From Acipenser ruthenus (taxonomy: Eukaryota): a stretch of 64,000 nucleotides of DNA. The position numbers and the translations under genes are program-made. Below are positions 23,625 to 36,300 of this stretch, piece after piece (positions within the stretch are counted from its first letter, which is position 1; the number at the start of each line of letters is the position of its first letter). The DNA lies in NCBI RefSeq assembly GCF_902713425.1, contig NC_081212.1, positions 9,908,261-9,972,260 of the forward strand, written 5' to 3'. Under the pieces are notes generated by a model. It made no database searches and had not been told where the DNA came from. It worked only from the letters and a program-made list of their open reading frames with translations.

Positions 23625-23990
23625 TAGCTGCATAAACTCATTCCTCAGACATAGAATTGATTTTAAGATTTTACTATTAACCTACAAAGCCCTGAATGGA
23701 TTAGCACTTAGCAATTTGCAGGAGCTACTGACTGCGTATCTTCCGAATCGCACTCTTAGATCACAGGAAGCTGGGCTGCTGGTTATTCCTAGGGCCAATA
23801 AAACGAACACGGGAGGAGGTAGGGCTTTTTCTTGTAGAGCTCCTAAACTATGGAGTGCTCTGCCTTCATTCGTCAGGGAAGCTGGGACAGTTGCAATATT
23901 TAAGTCGAGACTGAAAACATACTTTTATAAAATGGCATTTTTGTCTTAGTGGGTTTTAATGTAACTTATATGCTACTTTTTAAAACTTTT
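23625..23990 (+). mobile_element. L2-clade LINE 3'-end fragment
   Basis: ORF …LPSFVREAGTVAIFKSRLKTYFY, matching the family at 14740-15060. Confidence 0.65.
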
Positions 23991-25068
23991 TTATTTTAAT
24001 CTGTTATTTGAATATGTTTTGATTTGTGGCAGATATGTCTGGGAACTTTTACAGAATACATTTACAAAATAACATTAAAATGAGCTTTCTACTTTACTTT
24101 TTTTTATTTCTCTGTCCTGATGTACTTAATTTATTATAATGTTCTATTAAATGCATCTTCTCTTCTTTCTCTGTATCTCCTGAAAGTGACGTCATTTGCA
24201 TCAAACATATAGGTTCCTCGTTTAAATACTGAATAGTTATTCCACCACCTTTATGTAAATTGTACCCATTCTACCTGTCGGAAAACATCAGAAAAGTTTT
24301 TCAATTTTTGATGGAAACAGCTTTTGGGATAAGAGTCTGGTTAAACAGAAGGGTTTGGACTGTAGAAAGACACTTGATATTTAGGGCCAATATGTCTGTT
24401 ATTATTTAATAACAGTCATCTGTGTAAAATGGTGACACCCTACAACACAGTATTATAAATCTCAAACACAAAGACACAGGGACTACTGTTTCACACTCTG
24501 AGCTTGACCGGATCCTAGTAGCTCATTGATCTGAAACACAAAGACACAGGGACTGCTGTTTCGCATGGTAACCCGTTCTTTCCACACCCAACTCCACAAT
24601 GTGTCCACTGTTCTGTAGTGATTTTACACACAGTATTCTTTTATTTCCTGTTTAAATTCTGTATTTACCTTCTTAGCAACAGTTATTGAAAGTAAACGAG
24701 TCCAGAGGTAGATTAAGTCTGTCTCTCTGTTTGCCTAACACACTTCCATTTTTGCATATATCTAGGAAGAAACTTTCTAGGATCAGATTAGTGAGATTCA
24801 GAATGTGTCTGACCCCTAGTTAAAACATTACATTTTGTGTTTAAATACACGCTTATTCAATTGTGATGACAGTTGTTAAGGCCTTTCTATTGGACAACAT
24901 GTATTTTTAAATGAGCATACATTAGCTGCAAGTCAAGGTGATTACTTTCATGATAATTGGGTTAAAATGTTTTAATGTGAATTTCTATAAAAATGTCTGT
25001 CTTATTTTGTACTGTTTGTTGTTATTTTGTGAATGTGTTGTGATTGAGCGCCCCCTGGTGTGTTTCAG

Positions 25069-25146
25069 GTGACAGTGCCAGGGGAGGTGGTGGATGTGGC
25101 CTGTGGAGTGGATCACATGGTAGCTCTGGTCAAATCCCTGGTCTGA
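25069..25146 (+). CDS. rcc1l: RCC1-like protein terminal coding exon (VTVPGEVVDVACGVDHMVALVKSLV, stop TGA 25144-25146), followed by 3' UTR
   Basis: acceptor GTTTCAG at 25062-25068; matches human C-terminus VTMPGEPVDVACGVDHMVTLAKSFI; polyadenylation site not resolved (AATAAA candidates near 26178 and 26601). Confidence 0.85.
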   Translation: MTVPGEVVDVACGVDHMVALVKSLV

Positions 25147-28100
25147 GTGCCCAGTACATGCTTGCGACTGACCCTGCTCCAGCATGCAGTGAAAGGGGAG
25201 ACGAGCTTCAGCTTCCCTCAGCTCTAGCCCTGTTACTGATTGCTGATCTGACAGACAGCCAGGAATTCAATCCCAGAACATGTTTCATCATCCATACCTA
25301 TTAAACAGTGCGGAATTGAGATCAACTGCAAGAAACTGCATGAATTCACAGTGACAAGCGTTAAGATGTTAAGTCTTCAATGTTGAAATGCTTGGCATTG
25401 AATTTAAGTTTCTTTTGGTAGTGCCAAAATGATTTCCAAATACAGCAAAACCTTGATAAATTCTGATTTTACAAACACTTCTGCTTTCCAAAAGAGTTTT
25501 ACAAGCTTGTTTATCAAACCTTTAATGGCCAAGATATAGCCTTCAATACCTTTGAAATCAGTTCCTAAAGAAGTAGGCCAGCATGAACTACATTCACAGG
25601 CGGTGAAATAGCTTCTTGTATGAAATGCTCAGTTAAACATTTAGCCAAGTTTTGGGTAAATGGATCTCAAGGTACACCCTGAAGAAGTGGCGAGAAATGT
25701 CTGAGCACAGTTGATGGTGCTGATGTGTGTTCTGACTCATCTGTTTGTTATTGTATCCTAGATGTAATCTCTGATTGAAAATGAAATTAAATATATAAAC
25801 ATTACGTACAGAATAGTACAAAATAAGAGATGGAAATGCAATGTTTAATCACAATGTGATGGGCTCCAGATACACTGTGTACGACTGCCTTCACTATATT
25901 CCCTGCCCAGGGGAATTCATTCCCAGCAGGGAAATAGGAGACGCAGCAACCCTTCTTGTCCTCACTGGGTAGTATTAACATTATTTAAGTTATTGAGAAT
26001 GTCAGATTCCTGGGATAGGGGTGTCTGTCCATTCATCCACATCATGGCACACTTACATTTTTGTATATATCTGTAGAATCACCGATCACATTGTGTTTAA
26101 ACATGTCATTGCTAATTGTTTTTCTATAGTATTCTGTACATACTATTGATATGTCATGATCTAAATTTCTATTTAAATAAAAATGGCTGGTGGCGCTTAG
26201 AAAAAGCAGGGTCCTGATTTCCTTTCACTGTCGTACTAAATACCATTTTAACAGCACAGACTTGAACAGAAATCACAGTGAAGGTCACAGAGGACTGGAC
26301 TCATACCTTTAAGCTTTAGTGTGCTGTTTAGTTATTGCTGTAAGCTTCCTAATGAGAGAGAAAACACAGTAAAAACCTTACGAGGTAAGTCAGACCTGTC
26401 AATGGGGCTACATTTAAGCAGTAGAATCTGAGGAAGAGGGCTTTACTGTGTGGTAAGGCTCACCTTGTGCTGTTAAAAGCCCCGAGCTGAAGGCGACAGC
26501 GACTAACAGAACGAGAAGGGACTTACCAGACAATAATGCCATCTTATGTGGGTTCTATTGCTATTAGAAAATAGTTTATGCAGCACTAGTTTTTGTTGCT
26601 AATAAATAAACGTTTTTTTCTCAATATTCCATGAATAATGTGGTTTGCTCAGAATTGCAGGGTCTGGTAGCCTTCATGCTTCATCATCCCATGAAACCTG
26701 AATAAACTTACATACCCTACTGAATTACATACCGCTTTGTAGTTTTCCATATACTTCATGAAAAACTGTATAAAATTGAAAAATCTGAAATGAAATATTG
26801 TACTACTATTATGGCTTCTGATAGACTTTAACGTCATGTAATCAAGAAACTATAAAATTATATCGTAAAATAAAAGATCAACATTATTTTCATTATTTTT
26901 AATTATGTCTCAATCCTAAAATGGTGATGCAAAACTTTTGGCCCGAGCTGTAGACCGCTTGAACGTGTAGGACAGCGAGGGAGCAGACTGTCTGCATTGA
27001 CAGCCTTTAGAGAGCGTGTGCGGAGATTTTCTTTCATCAAGCAGAAAAAAGGTAAAACAATTGAATACTGTATTTCCCGGTGGATTTATTTGAAACTGTT
27101 TAATCACCTTCAAGGTCCTTTACCAGAAAGTAAAGCCCTTGTATTGACCATTCAGCTTAAAGGAAATCCATTTTCAAACAAGCATTTGACACATGTGGTT
27201 TAAATGAGTGTGTTGCCAGTGAGCTCATAAAGCTGTCTTTCTTTGGACTTGTTTTTCAGGGTTAAACCGTAGTTAAGCCAGTTTATGTGGAACATGCATT
27301 TGCATTTGATTGTGCTTGTTTACAATGTGATTAAAATGTAATGTTTTTAAACCTGCGGTCAATACACTTTTAATGGCTAATAAATGTAAACCAGAAATGT
27401 TCATGATTCTGTGGCAAACTCTGAAAAATCAGTTTCTGGAAACATATGTAGTTGTAATTAACTGGCAAACAGTAAAGCAGAATTTATTTATAATTTTTGT
27501 TTGGCACAAGTTTATGCGTTTTTCATTACATGGGTTCCTTCAGGATTGAATCATTCTTCACACCTCTAGTTAAACACTTTAAAAAAATTCAAATAGTACA
27601 AGCTGGTTTGATATAGTTTGACAGGGCAGTGTACAAAATGAACCCCTTACAATGTTTTATAAAGTAGCTAAAACCATACATTCAGAATCTAGCAGCAACA
27701 CTGTTTCTCAATTACTTTTCCGAATGCATTCTATATGTGTTTTTCATAAGACTGGTAATGTGCTGGTGAACACATTGCAGAGGTGAGAGAAACACTTGGT
27801 AGAGGAGCATGTAGATCAGGGCTGTGCAGATACTCTGTTATTCGTTTTAAGTTGTTAGATAATACAATGTGTCATTTACTCAACAAGGAACAAAGCCTTT
27901 CAGGGGTTACGCAGTAGCGGGGTACCAATCAGTAACATTATGACAGTGTGATTTAATATAGAACCCGCTGTGATCAAACTAGCGGGTATGACATGCCAGT
28001 TACATTTGCTGGCTTTGCAAAATATTTTTATTTTCATATAGGTTTGTTTGGTTTCATTTAACAAAAAAAAAAAATCTAAAATGGGATTACTCTGAAACAG

Positions 28101-29235
28101 TATCGGCACGCTCCTAATAGAAATTATATTTGTCACTTTTGTGGAGGGAAGTGCTATCGGGAAGGTGTAGATTTGTTCACACCAGGTTTGTTTGTTGGTT
28201 TCAAATGGTCAAACCCAACTGGTACCATTAAAGAGCTGGTCCAGTTTTCTCCTAGAACTATTTCTGATTTACCTACTAAAAACCAGTGTAAAGAGAACAT
28301 AAGAGCATAATTTACAAACGAGAGGAGGGTATTTGGCCCTTCAATGCTAGTTCCTAGCAGCTGATTGATCTCAATACCTAAGCATCAACAACATGGCTTG
28401 GCAACCATTCCACTCCATACCATAAGTAACCTATTCTCTGTTTTTTTTTCTCTCTGCTCAACAAGATATGGTTTCGAATGGTGGCTGGTGAGGAGCCACG
28501 TCTTCACAGAGAAAAAATATAATGAACTGCTTAACCCCCAAACAAATTCAGAATGTTAACTTCTAGATATTACCAGCAATCATGATTCTACGAATCCAAA
28601 CAGACTATAACAAGTCCAGTGTGAACAAGGCCTAAGTTTTGTTTTAAATCAGTGCATATCTGCCCCATTATATTTTCTATATCCTAGATTCCTCCAAAAT
28701 CAATGTCTGTTTGACAAGTCTGAGTTCTGTGTGTGGTTAGCAGTTCAGTCAGTGGCTCATTTTATTTTTGTCTTTTGTAGTGCAGGCTTCCAGCCTTGTG
28801 TGAAAGTGCGGGCCTAAAGCCTCTGTCTATCTTCTCTGTACTGTCCCCCGATATATATAGGCCAGGAGGGAGCAAACATCAGAAAACAAAACAAGGCATT
28901 TTCAGCTAATAATTATTTTCCTAACCTCCATTCCCCAATAGGAGAATGAATAATTAATCAATTTGGTTCCTTGCCATGGAAACTATGCGAGGCCAGAGAG
29001 AGAAAAAAACACTATAGTAATGCTAGCTTTGGAACAAGGTGGTGGGTTGGCACAGTCCTTGCGAGGGGAGGCAAGAGAAGGAGAGGGTCTTTCCTCCACT
29101 CCACTGTTTAGTTTTTTCTCGATGGCAGCCCTCTGTCCGATCCTGGCACTTCGAGTACTCTGGACACAAAGCTGCGGCTGTGTGAGGTGGGGGGTATTTT
29201 GGGAAGAGGGGGACCCCGAATACCAATCCCTTCCG

Positions 29236-29301
29236 TCACTGCCCCCCTCCCTTGTTGGTCCTCAAGGCTCCAATCACACTCTGGATGTTCTCTTCTGGAA
29301 C
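29236..29301 (-). CDS. castor2: CASTOR/GATS-like protein terminal coding exon (VPEENIQSVIGALRTNKGGGQ, stop TGA at 29238-29236); 3' UTR continues to lower coordinates
   Basis: minus-strand acceptor TTTGTTAG at 29302-29309; matches human C-terminus VPEDGIGSVIEVLQRRQEGLAS. Confidence 0.75.
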   Translation of the reverse strand, partial: VPEENIQSVIGALRTNKGGGQ

Positions 29302-29439
29302 CTAACAAAGGAAAAATAAGAACATATTGAGAGGCTTGGGAGTTACAGTCTGCTAATGGCAACAAACCGCATTCTGAACACCACTGTGCTGTTCCAATGG
29401 TTATTCTCACCTCCCTCTGCAAGCAGGTTCATTTAAGAA

Positions 29440-29650
29440 CATAAAAGTTTAGAACGAGAGGTAATTCGGTCCACGTAAGCTCACCTGGTTCCTAGAAGCT
29501 GATTGACATCAAAACTTCCAGTTGGGGTCTTAAAGGATCCATGTTCTTCTGCCTTAACAACAGGACTAGGTAACCCATTCCATACCCTCACCACTCTGTA
29601 AAGAAGTGTCTCCTTCCTTCTGTCCTAAATCTACCTCTGGTCCTAGTTTC
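29440..29650 (-). mobile_element. CR1-like LINE 3'-terminal fragment
   Basis: family consensus …ggttcctagaagctgattgacatcaaaacttccagttggggtcttaaaggatcc…. Confidence 0.6.
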
Positions 29651-29699
29651 TTTTTTTTTTTGTTTGTTTTTATAAAAATATAGTAGTCCGCAATTAATT

Positions 29700-29925
29700 T
29701 CACCCCACTTTTCTCCCAGTTTGACATATCCAATTGTATTTTAAGCTCAGCTCACCGCTACCACCCCTGCGCTGACCCCAAAGCGGTGAAGACGAACACA
29801 CGCTGTCCTCCGAAGCGTGTACCGTCAGCCGACCGCTTTTTTTCACGCTGTCGGAGGACAATGCAGCTCTGGGCAGCGTACAGGGGTCGCTGGTGCACGG
29901 TGAGCGGAGGACACCTTGGATACAT
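29700..29925 (-). mobile_element. truncated copy of the tRNA-derived SINE
   Basis: matches the body of the 18004-18492 copy. Confidence 0.6.
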
Positions 29926-30257
29926 GTATTGCCCAGTTGGTTTATGATCCACGACATATAATTTTAAAAGGGTCAGCAATATAACTCTTGATACTAACAA
30001 CACGGTTCACAGCAAAGGTAACGTAATGAGTTTTTTGTAACACCTTAAGTACCAACTTTAATTTTTAATATGTTTTGACAACACTTTAAGTAGGATAAGT
30101 ACTGGTGGGACGAAGGGCCTTTTCTTATATTCTTATGATATAAATATTCAGCTGATCCTGTGTTAAAACCTCTTGTAGGTCTGTGGGGAAGGTTGAAAAA
30201 GAAAACACAATGTGAGGCAGCTGCAACAGGAAGACTCAAACTGGTGGTATTTGGATG

Positions 30258-30352
30258 TAACACTCACAAGAGCATGGTCGAATTTGAAGGTGCTGATGTA
30301 GTAGGCAGGAATGTCAGCAGCAGCCAGGGATTCAGATATCTGAGCCACGATC
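30258..30352 (-). CDS. castor2: CASTOR/GATS-like protein coding exon (DECGIVAQISESLAAADIPAYYISTFKFDHAL)
   Basis: minus-strand acceptor CTCTCTCTCAG at 30353-30363, which is also the first unit of the 8.6-kb tandem array; donor GTGAGT at 30257-30252; matches human DECGIVAQIAGPLAAADISAYYISTFNFDHAL. Confidence 0.88.
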
Positions 30353-33300
30353 CCACACTCATCTGAGAGAGAGACAGAGAGGCAGACAATCACACATGAT
30401 CCCACACTCATCTGAGAGGCAGACAATCACACACTATCCCACACTCATCTGAGAGAGAGACAGAGAGGTAGACAATCACACACGATCCCACACTCATCTG
30501 AGAGAGAGACAGAGAGGCAGACAATCACACATGATCCCACACTCATCTGAGAGGCAGACAATCACACACTATCCCACACTCATCTGACAGGCAGACAATC
30601 ACACACGATCCCACACTCATCTGAGAGAGAGACAGAGAGGTAGACAATCACACACGATCCCACACTCATCTGAGAGAGAGACAGAGAGGCAGACAATCAC
30701 ACATGATCCCACACTCATCTGAGAGGCAGACAATCACACACTATCCCACACTCATCTGACAGGCAGACAATCACACACGATCCCACACTCATCTGAGAGA
30801 CAGAGGTAGACAATCACACATGATCCCACACTCATCTGAGAGAGAGACAGAGAGGTAGACAATCACACACGATCCCACACTCATCTGAGAGACAGAGAGG
30901 TAGACAATCACACACGATCCCACGCTCATCTGAGAGAGAGACAGAGAGGTAGACAATCACACACGATCCCACACTCATCTGAGAGAGAGACAGACAATCA
31001 CACACGATCCCACACTCATCTGAGAGAGAGACAGAGAGGTAGACAATCACACACGATCCCACACTCATCTGAGAGAGAGACAGAGAGGTAGACAATCACA
31101 CACGATCCCACACTCATCTGAGAGAGAGACAGAGAGGTAGACAATCACACACGATCCCACACTCATCTGAGAGAGAGACAGAGAGGCAGACAATCACACA
31201 CGATCCCACACTCATCTGAGAGACAGACAATCACACACGATCCCACACTCATCTGAGAGAGACAGAGGCAGACAATCACACACGATCCCACACTCATCTG
31301 AGAGGTAGACAATCACACACGATCACACACTCATCTGAGAGAGAGACAGAGAGGTAGACAATCACACATGATCCCACACTCATCTGAGAGAGAGACAGAC
31401 AATCACACTCGATCCCACACTCATCTGAGAGAGAGACAGAGAGGTAGAGAATCACACACAATCCCACACTCATCTGAGAGAGACAGACAATCACACACGA
31501 TCCCACTCATCTGAGAGAGAGACAGAGAGGTAGACAATCACACACGATCCCACACTCATCTGAGAGACAGAGGTAGACAATCACACACGATCCCACACTC
31601 ATCAGAGAGAGACAGAGAGGTAGACAATCACACACGATCCCACACTCATCTGAGAGAGAGACAGACAATCACACACGATCCCACACTCATCTGAGAGAGA
31701 GACAGAGAGGTAGACAATCACACACGATCCCACACTCATCTGAGAGAGAGACAGAGAGGTAGACAATCACACACGATCCCACACTCATCTGAGAGAGACA
31801 GACAATCACACACGATCCCACACTCATCTGAGAGAGAGACAGACAGACAATCACACACGATCCCACACTCATCTGAGAGAGACAGACAATCACACACGAT
31901 CCCACTCATCTGAGAGAGAGACAGAGAGGCAGACAATCACACACGATCCCACACTCATCTGAGAGGTAGACAATCACACACGATCCCACACTCATCTGAG
32001 AGAGAGACAGACAATCACACACGATCCCACACTCATCTGAGAGAGAGACAGAGAGGCAGACAATCACACACGATCCCACACTCATCTGAGAGAGAGACAA
32101 TCACACACGATCCCACACTCATCTGAGAGAGAGACAGACAATCACACACGATCCCACACTCATCTGAGAGAGAGACAGAGAGGTAGACAATCACACATGA
32201 TCCCACACTCATCTGAGAGAGACAGACAATCACACACGATCCCACACTCATCTGAGAGGTAGACAATCACACACGATCCCACACTCATCTGAGAGAGAGA
32301 CAATCACACACGATCCCACACTCATCTGAGAGAGAGACAGAGAGGCAGACAATCACACACGATCCTACACTCATCTGAGAGAGAGACAGAGAGGTAGACA
32401 ATCACACACGATCCCACACTCATCTGAGAGAGAGGCAGACAATCACACACGATCCTACACTCATCTGAGAGAGACAGAGAGGCAGACAATCACACACGAT
32501 CCTACACTCATCTGAGAGATAGACAGACAATCACACTCGATCCCACACTCATCTGAGAGAGAGACAGAGAGGTAGACAATCACACACGATCCCACACTCA
32601 TCTGAGAGAGAGAGACAGACAATCACACACGATCCCACACTCATCTGAGAGAGAGACAGAGAGGTAGACAATCACACACGATCCCACACTCATCTGAGAG
32701 AGAGACAGAGAGGTAGACAATCACACAGGATCCCACACTCAACTGAGAGAGAGACAGACAATCACACACGATCCCACACTCATCTGAGAGAGAGACAGAG
32801 AGGTAGACAATCACACACGATCCCACACTCATCTGAGAGAGAGACAGACAATCACACTCGATCCCACACTCATCTGAGAGAGAGAGAGAGAGGTAGACAA
32901 TCACACACGATCCCACACTCATCTGAGAGAGACAGACAATCACACACGATCCCACTCATCTGAGAGAGAGACAGACAATCACACACGATCCCACACTCAT
33001 CTGAGAGTTAGACAATCACACACGATCCCACACTCATCTGAGAGAGAGACAATCACACACGATCCCACACTCATCTGAGAGACAGACAATCACACGATCC
33101 CACACTCATCTGAGAGAGAGACAGACAGACAGACAATCACACACGATCCCACACTCATCTGAGAGAGAGACAGAGAGGTAGACAATCACACACGATCCCA
33201 CACTCATCTGAGAGAGAGACAGAGAGGCAGACAATCACACATGATCCCACACTCATCTGAGAGGCAGACAATCACACACTATCCCACACTCATCTGACAG

Positions 33301-36300
33301 GCAGACAATCACACACGATCCCACACTCATCTGAGAGACAGAGGTAGACAATCACACATGATCCCACACTCATCTGAGAGAGAGACAGAGAGGTAGACAA
33401 TCACACACGATCCCACACTCATCTGAGAGACAGAGAGGTAGACAATCACACACGATCCCACACTCATCTGAGAGGTAGACAATCACACACGATCCCACAC
33501 TCATCTGAGAGAGAGACAATCACACACGATCCCACACTCATCTGAGAGACAGACAATCACACGATCCCACACTCATCTGAGAGAGAGACAGACAGACAGA
33601 CAATCACACACGATCCCACACTCATCTGAGAGGTAGACAATCACACACGATCCCACACTCATCTGAGAGAGAGACAGAGAGGCAGACAATCACACACGAT
33701 CCCACACTCATCTGAGAGGTAGACAATCACACACGATCCCACACTCATCTGAGAGAGAGACAGACAATCACACACGATCCCACACTCATCTGAGAGAGAG
33801 ACAGAGAGGCAGAGAATCACACACGATCCCACACTCATCTGAGAGAGAGACAGACAATCACACACGATCCCACACTCATCTGAGAGAGAGACAGACAATC
33901 ACACACGATCCCACACTCATCTGAGAGAGAGACAGAGAGGCAGACAATCACACACGATCCTACACTCATCTGAGAGAGACAGAGAGGCAGACAATCACAC
34001 ACGATCCCACACTCATCTGAGAGGTAGACAATCACACACGATCCCACACTCATCTGAGAGAGAGACAGAGAGGTAGACAATCACACACGATCCCACACTC
34101 ATCTGAGAGAGAGACAGACAGACAGACAATCACACACGATCCTACACTCATCTGAGAGAGAGACAGACAATCACACTCGATCCCACACTCATCTGAGAGA
34201 AAGACAGAGAGGTAGAGAATCACACACGATCCCACACTCATCTGAGAGAGAGACAGAGAGGTAGACAATCACACACGATCCCACACTCATCTGAGAGAGA
34301 GACAGACAGACAATCACACACGATCCCACACTCATCTGAGAGAGAGACAGAGGTAGACAATCACACACGATCCCACACTCATCTGAGAGAGACAGACAAT
34401 CACACACGATCCCACTCATCTGAGAGAGAGACAGTGAGGCAGACAATCACACACGATCCCACACTCATCTGAGAGGTAGACAATCACACACGATCCCACA
34501 CTCATCTGAGAGAGAGACAGACAATCACACACGATCCCACACTCATCTGAGAGAGAGACAGAGAGGCAGACAATCACACACGATCCCACACTCATCTGAG
34601 AGAGAGACAGACAATCACACACGATCCCACACTCATCTGAGAGAGAGACAGACAATCACACACGATCCCACACTCATCTGAGAGAGAGACAGAGAGGCAG
34701 ACAATCACACACGATCCTACACTCATCTGAGAGAGACAGAGAGGCAGACAATCCCACACGATCCCACACTCATCTGAGAGAGAGACAGACAATCACACTC
34801 GATCCCACACTCATTGAGAGAAAGACAGAGAGGTAGAGAATCACACACGATCCCACACTCATCTGAGAGAGAGACAGACAATCACACACGATCTCACACT
34901 CATCTGAGAGAGAGACAGAGAGGTAGACAATCACACACGATCCCACACTCATCTGAGAGAGAGACAGACAATCACACACGATCCCACACTCATCTGAGAG
35001 AGAGACAGACAATCACACTCGATCCCACACTCATCTGAGAGAAAGACAGAGAGGTAGAGAATCACACATGATCCCACACTCATCTGAGAGAGAGACAGAC
35101 AATCACACACGATCCCACACTCATCTGAGAGAAAGACAGAGAGGTAGAGAATCACACACGATCCCACACTCATCTGAGAGAGAGACAGACAATCACACAC
35201 GATCCCACACTCATTGAGAGAAAGACAGAGAGACAGACAATCACACACGATCCCACACTCATCTGAGAGAGAGACAGAGAGGCAGACAATCACACACGAT
35301 CCTACACTCATCTGAGAGAGACAGAGAGGCAGACAATCACACACGATCCCACACTCATCTGAGAGGTAGACAATCACACACGATCCCACACTCATCTGAG
35401 AGAGAGACAGAGAGGTAGACAATCACACACGATCCCACACTCATCTGAGAGAGAGACAGACAGACAGACAATCACACACGATCCTACACTCATCTGAGAG
35501 AGAGACAGACAATCACACTCGATCCCACACTCATCTGAGAGAAAGACAGAGAGGTAGAGAATCACACACGATCCCACACTCATCTGAGAGAGAGACAGAG
35601 AGGTAGACAATCACACACGATCCCACACTCATCTGAGAGAGAGACAGAGGTAGACAATCACACACGATCCCACACTCATCTGAGAGAGACAGACAATCAC
35701 ACACGATCCCACTCATCTGAGAGAGAGACAGAGAGGCAGACAATCACACACGATCCCACACTCATCTGAGAGGTAGACAATCACACACGATCCCACACTC
35801 ATCTGAGAGAGAGACAGACAATCACACACGATCCCACACTCATCTGAGAGAGAGACAGAGAGGCAGACAATCACACACGATCCCACACTCATCTGAGAGA
35901 GAGACAATCACACACGATCCCACACTCATCTGAGAGAGAGACAGACAATCACACACGATCCCACACTCATCTGAGAGAGAGACAGAGAGGCAGACAATCA
36001 CACACGATCCCACACTCATCTGAGAGAGAGACAGAGGTAGACAATCACACACGATCCCACACTCATCTGAGAGAGACAGACAATCACACACGATCCCACT
36101 CATCTGAGAGAGAGACAGAGAGGCAGACAATCACACACGATCCCACACTCATCTGAGAGAGAGACAGAGGTAGACAATCACACACGATCCCACACTCATC
36201 TGAGAGAGACAGACAATCACACACGATCCCACACTCATTTGAGAGGTAGACAATCACACACGATCCCACACTCATCTGAGAGAGAGACAGACAATCACAC

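Noticed and set aside
26900-27060. candidate first exon or promoter (GC-richer block ending AAAAAAG|GTAAAAC)
   Set aside because: There is no coding or homology support. It could equally be castor 3' UTR or intergenic sequence, so it is not reported as a feature.
28963-29422. ORFs 28963-29319 (+) and 29108-29422 (-) overlapping the castor terminal exon
   Set aside because: Only the 22-codon frame VPEENIQSVIGALRTNKGGGQ* matches the CASTOR C-terminus and has a proper acceptor. The longer ORFs are in other frames or on the other strand, without homology.
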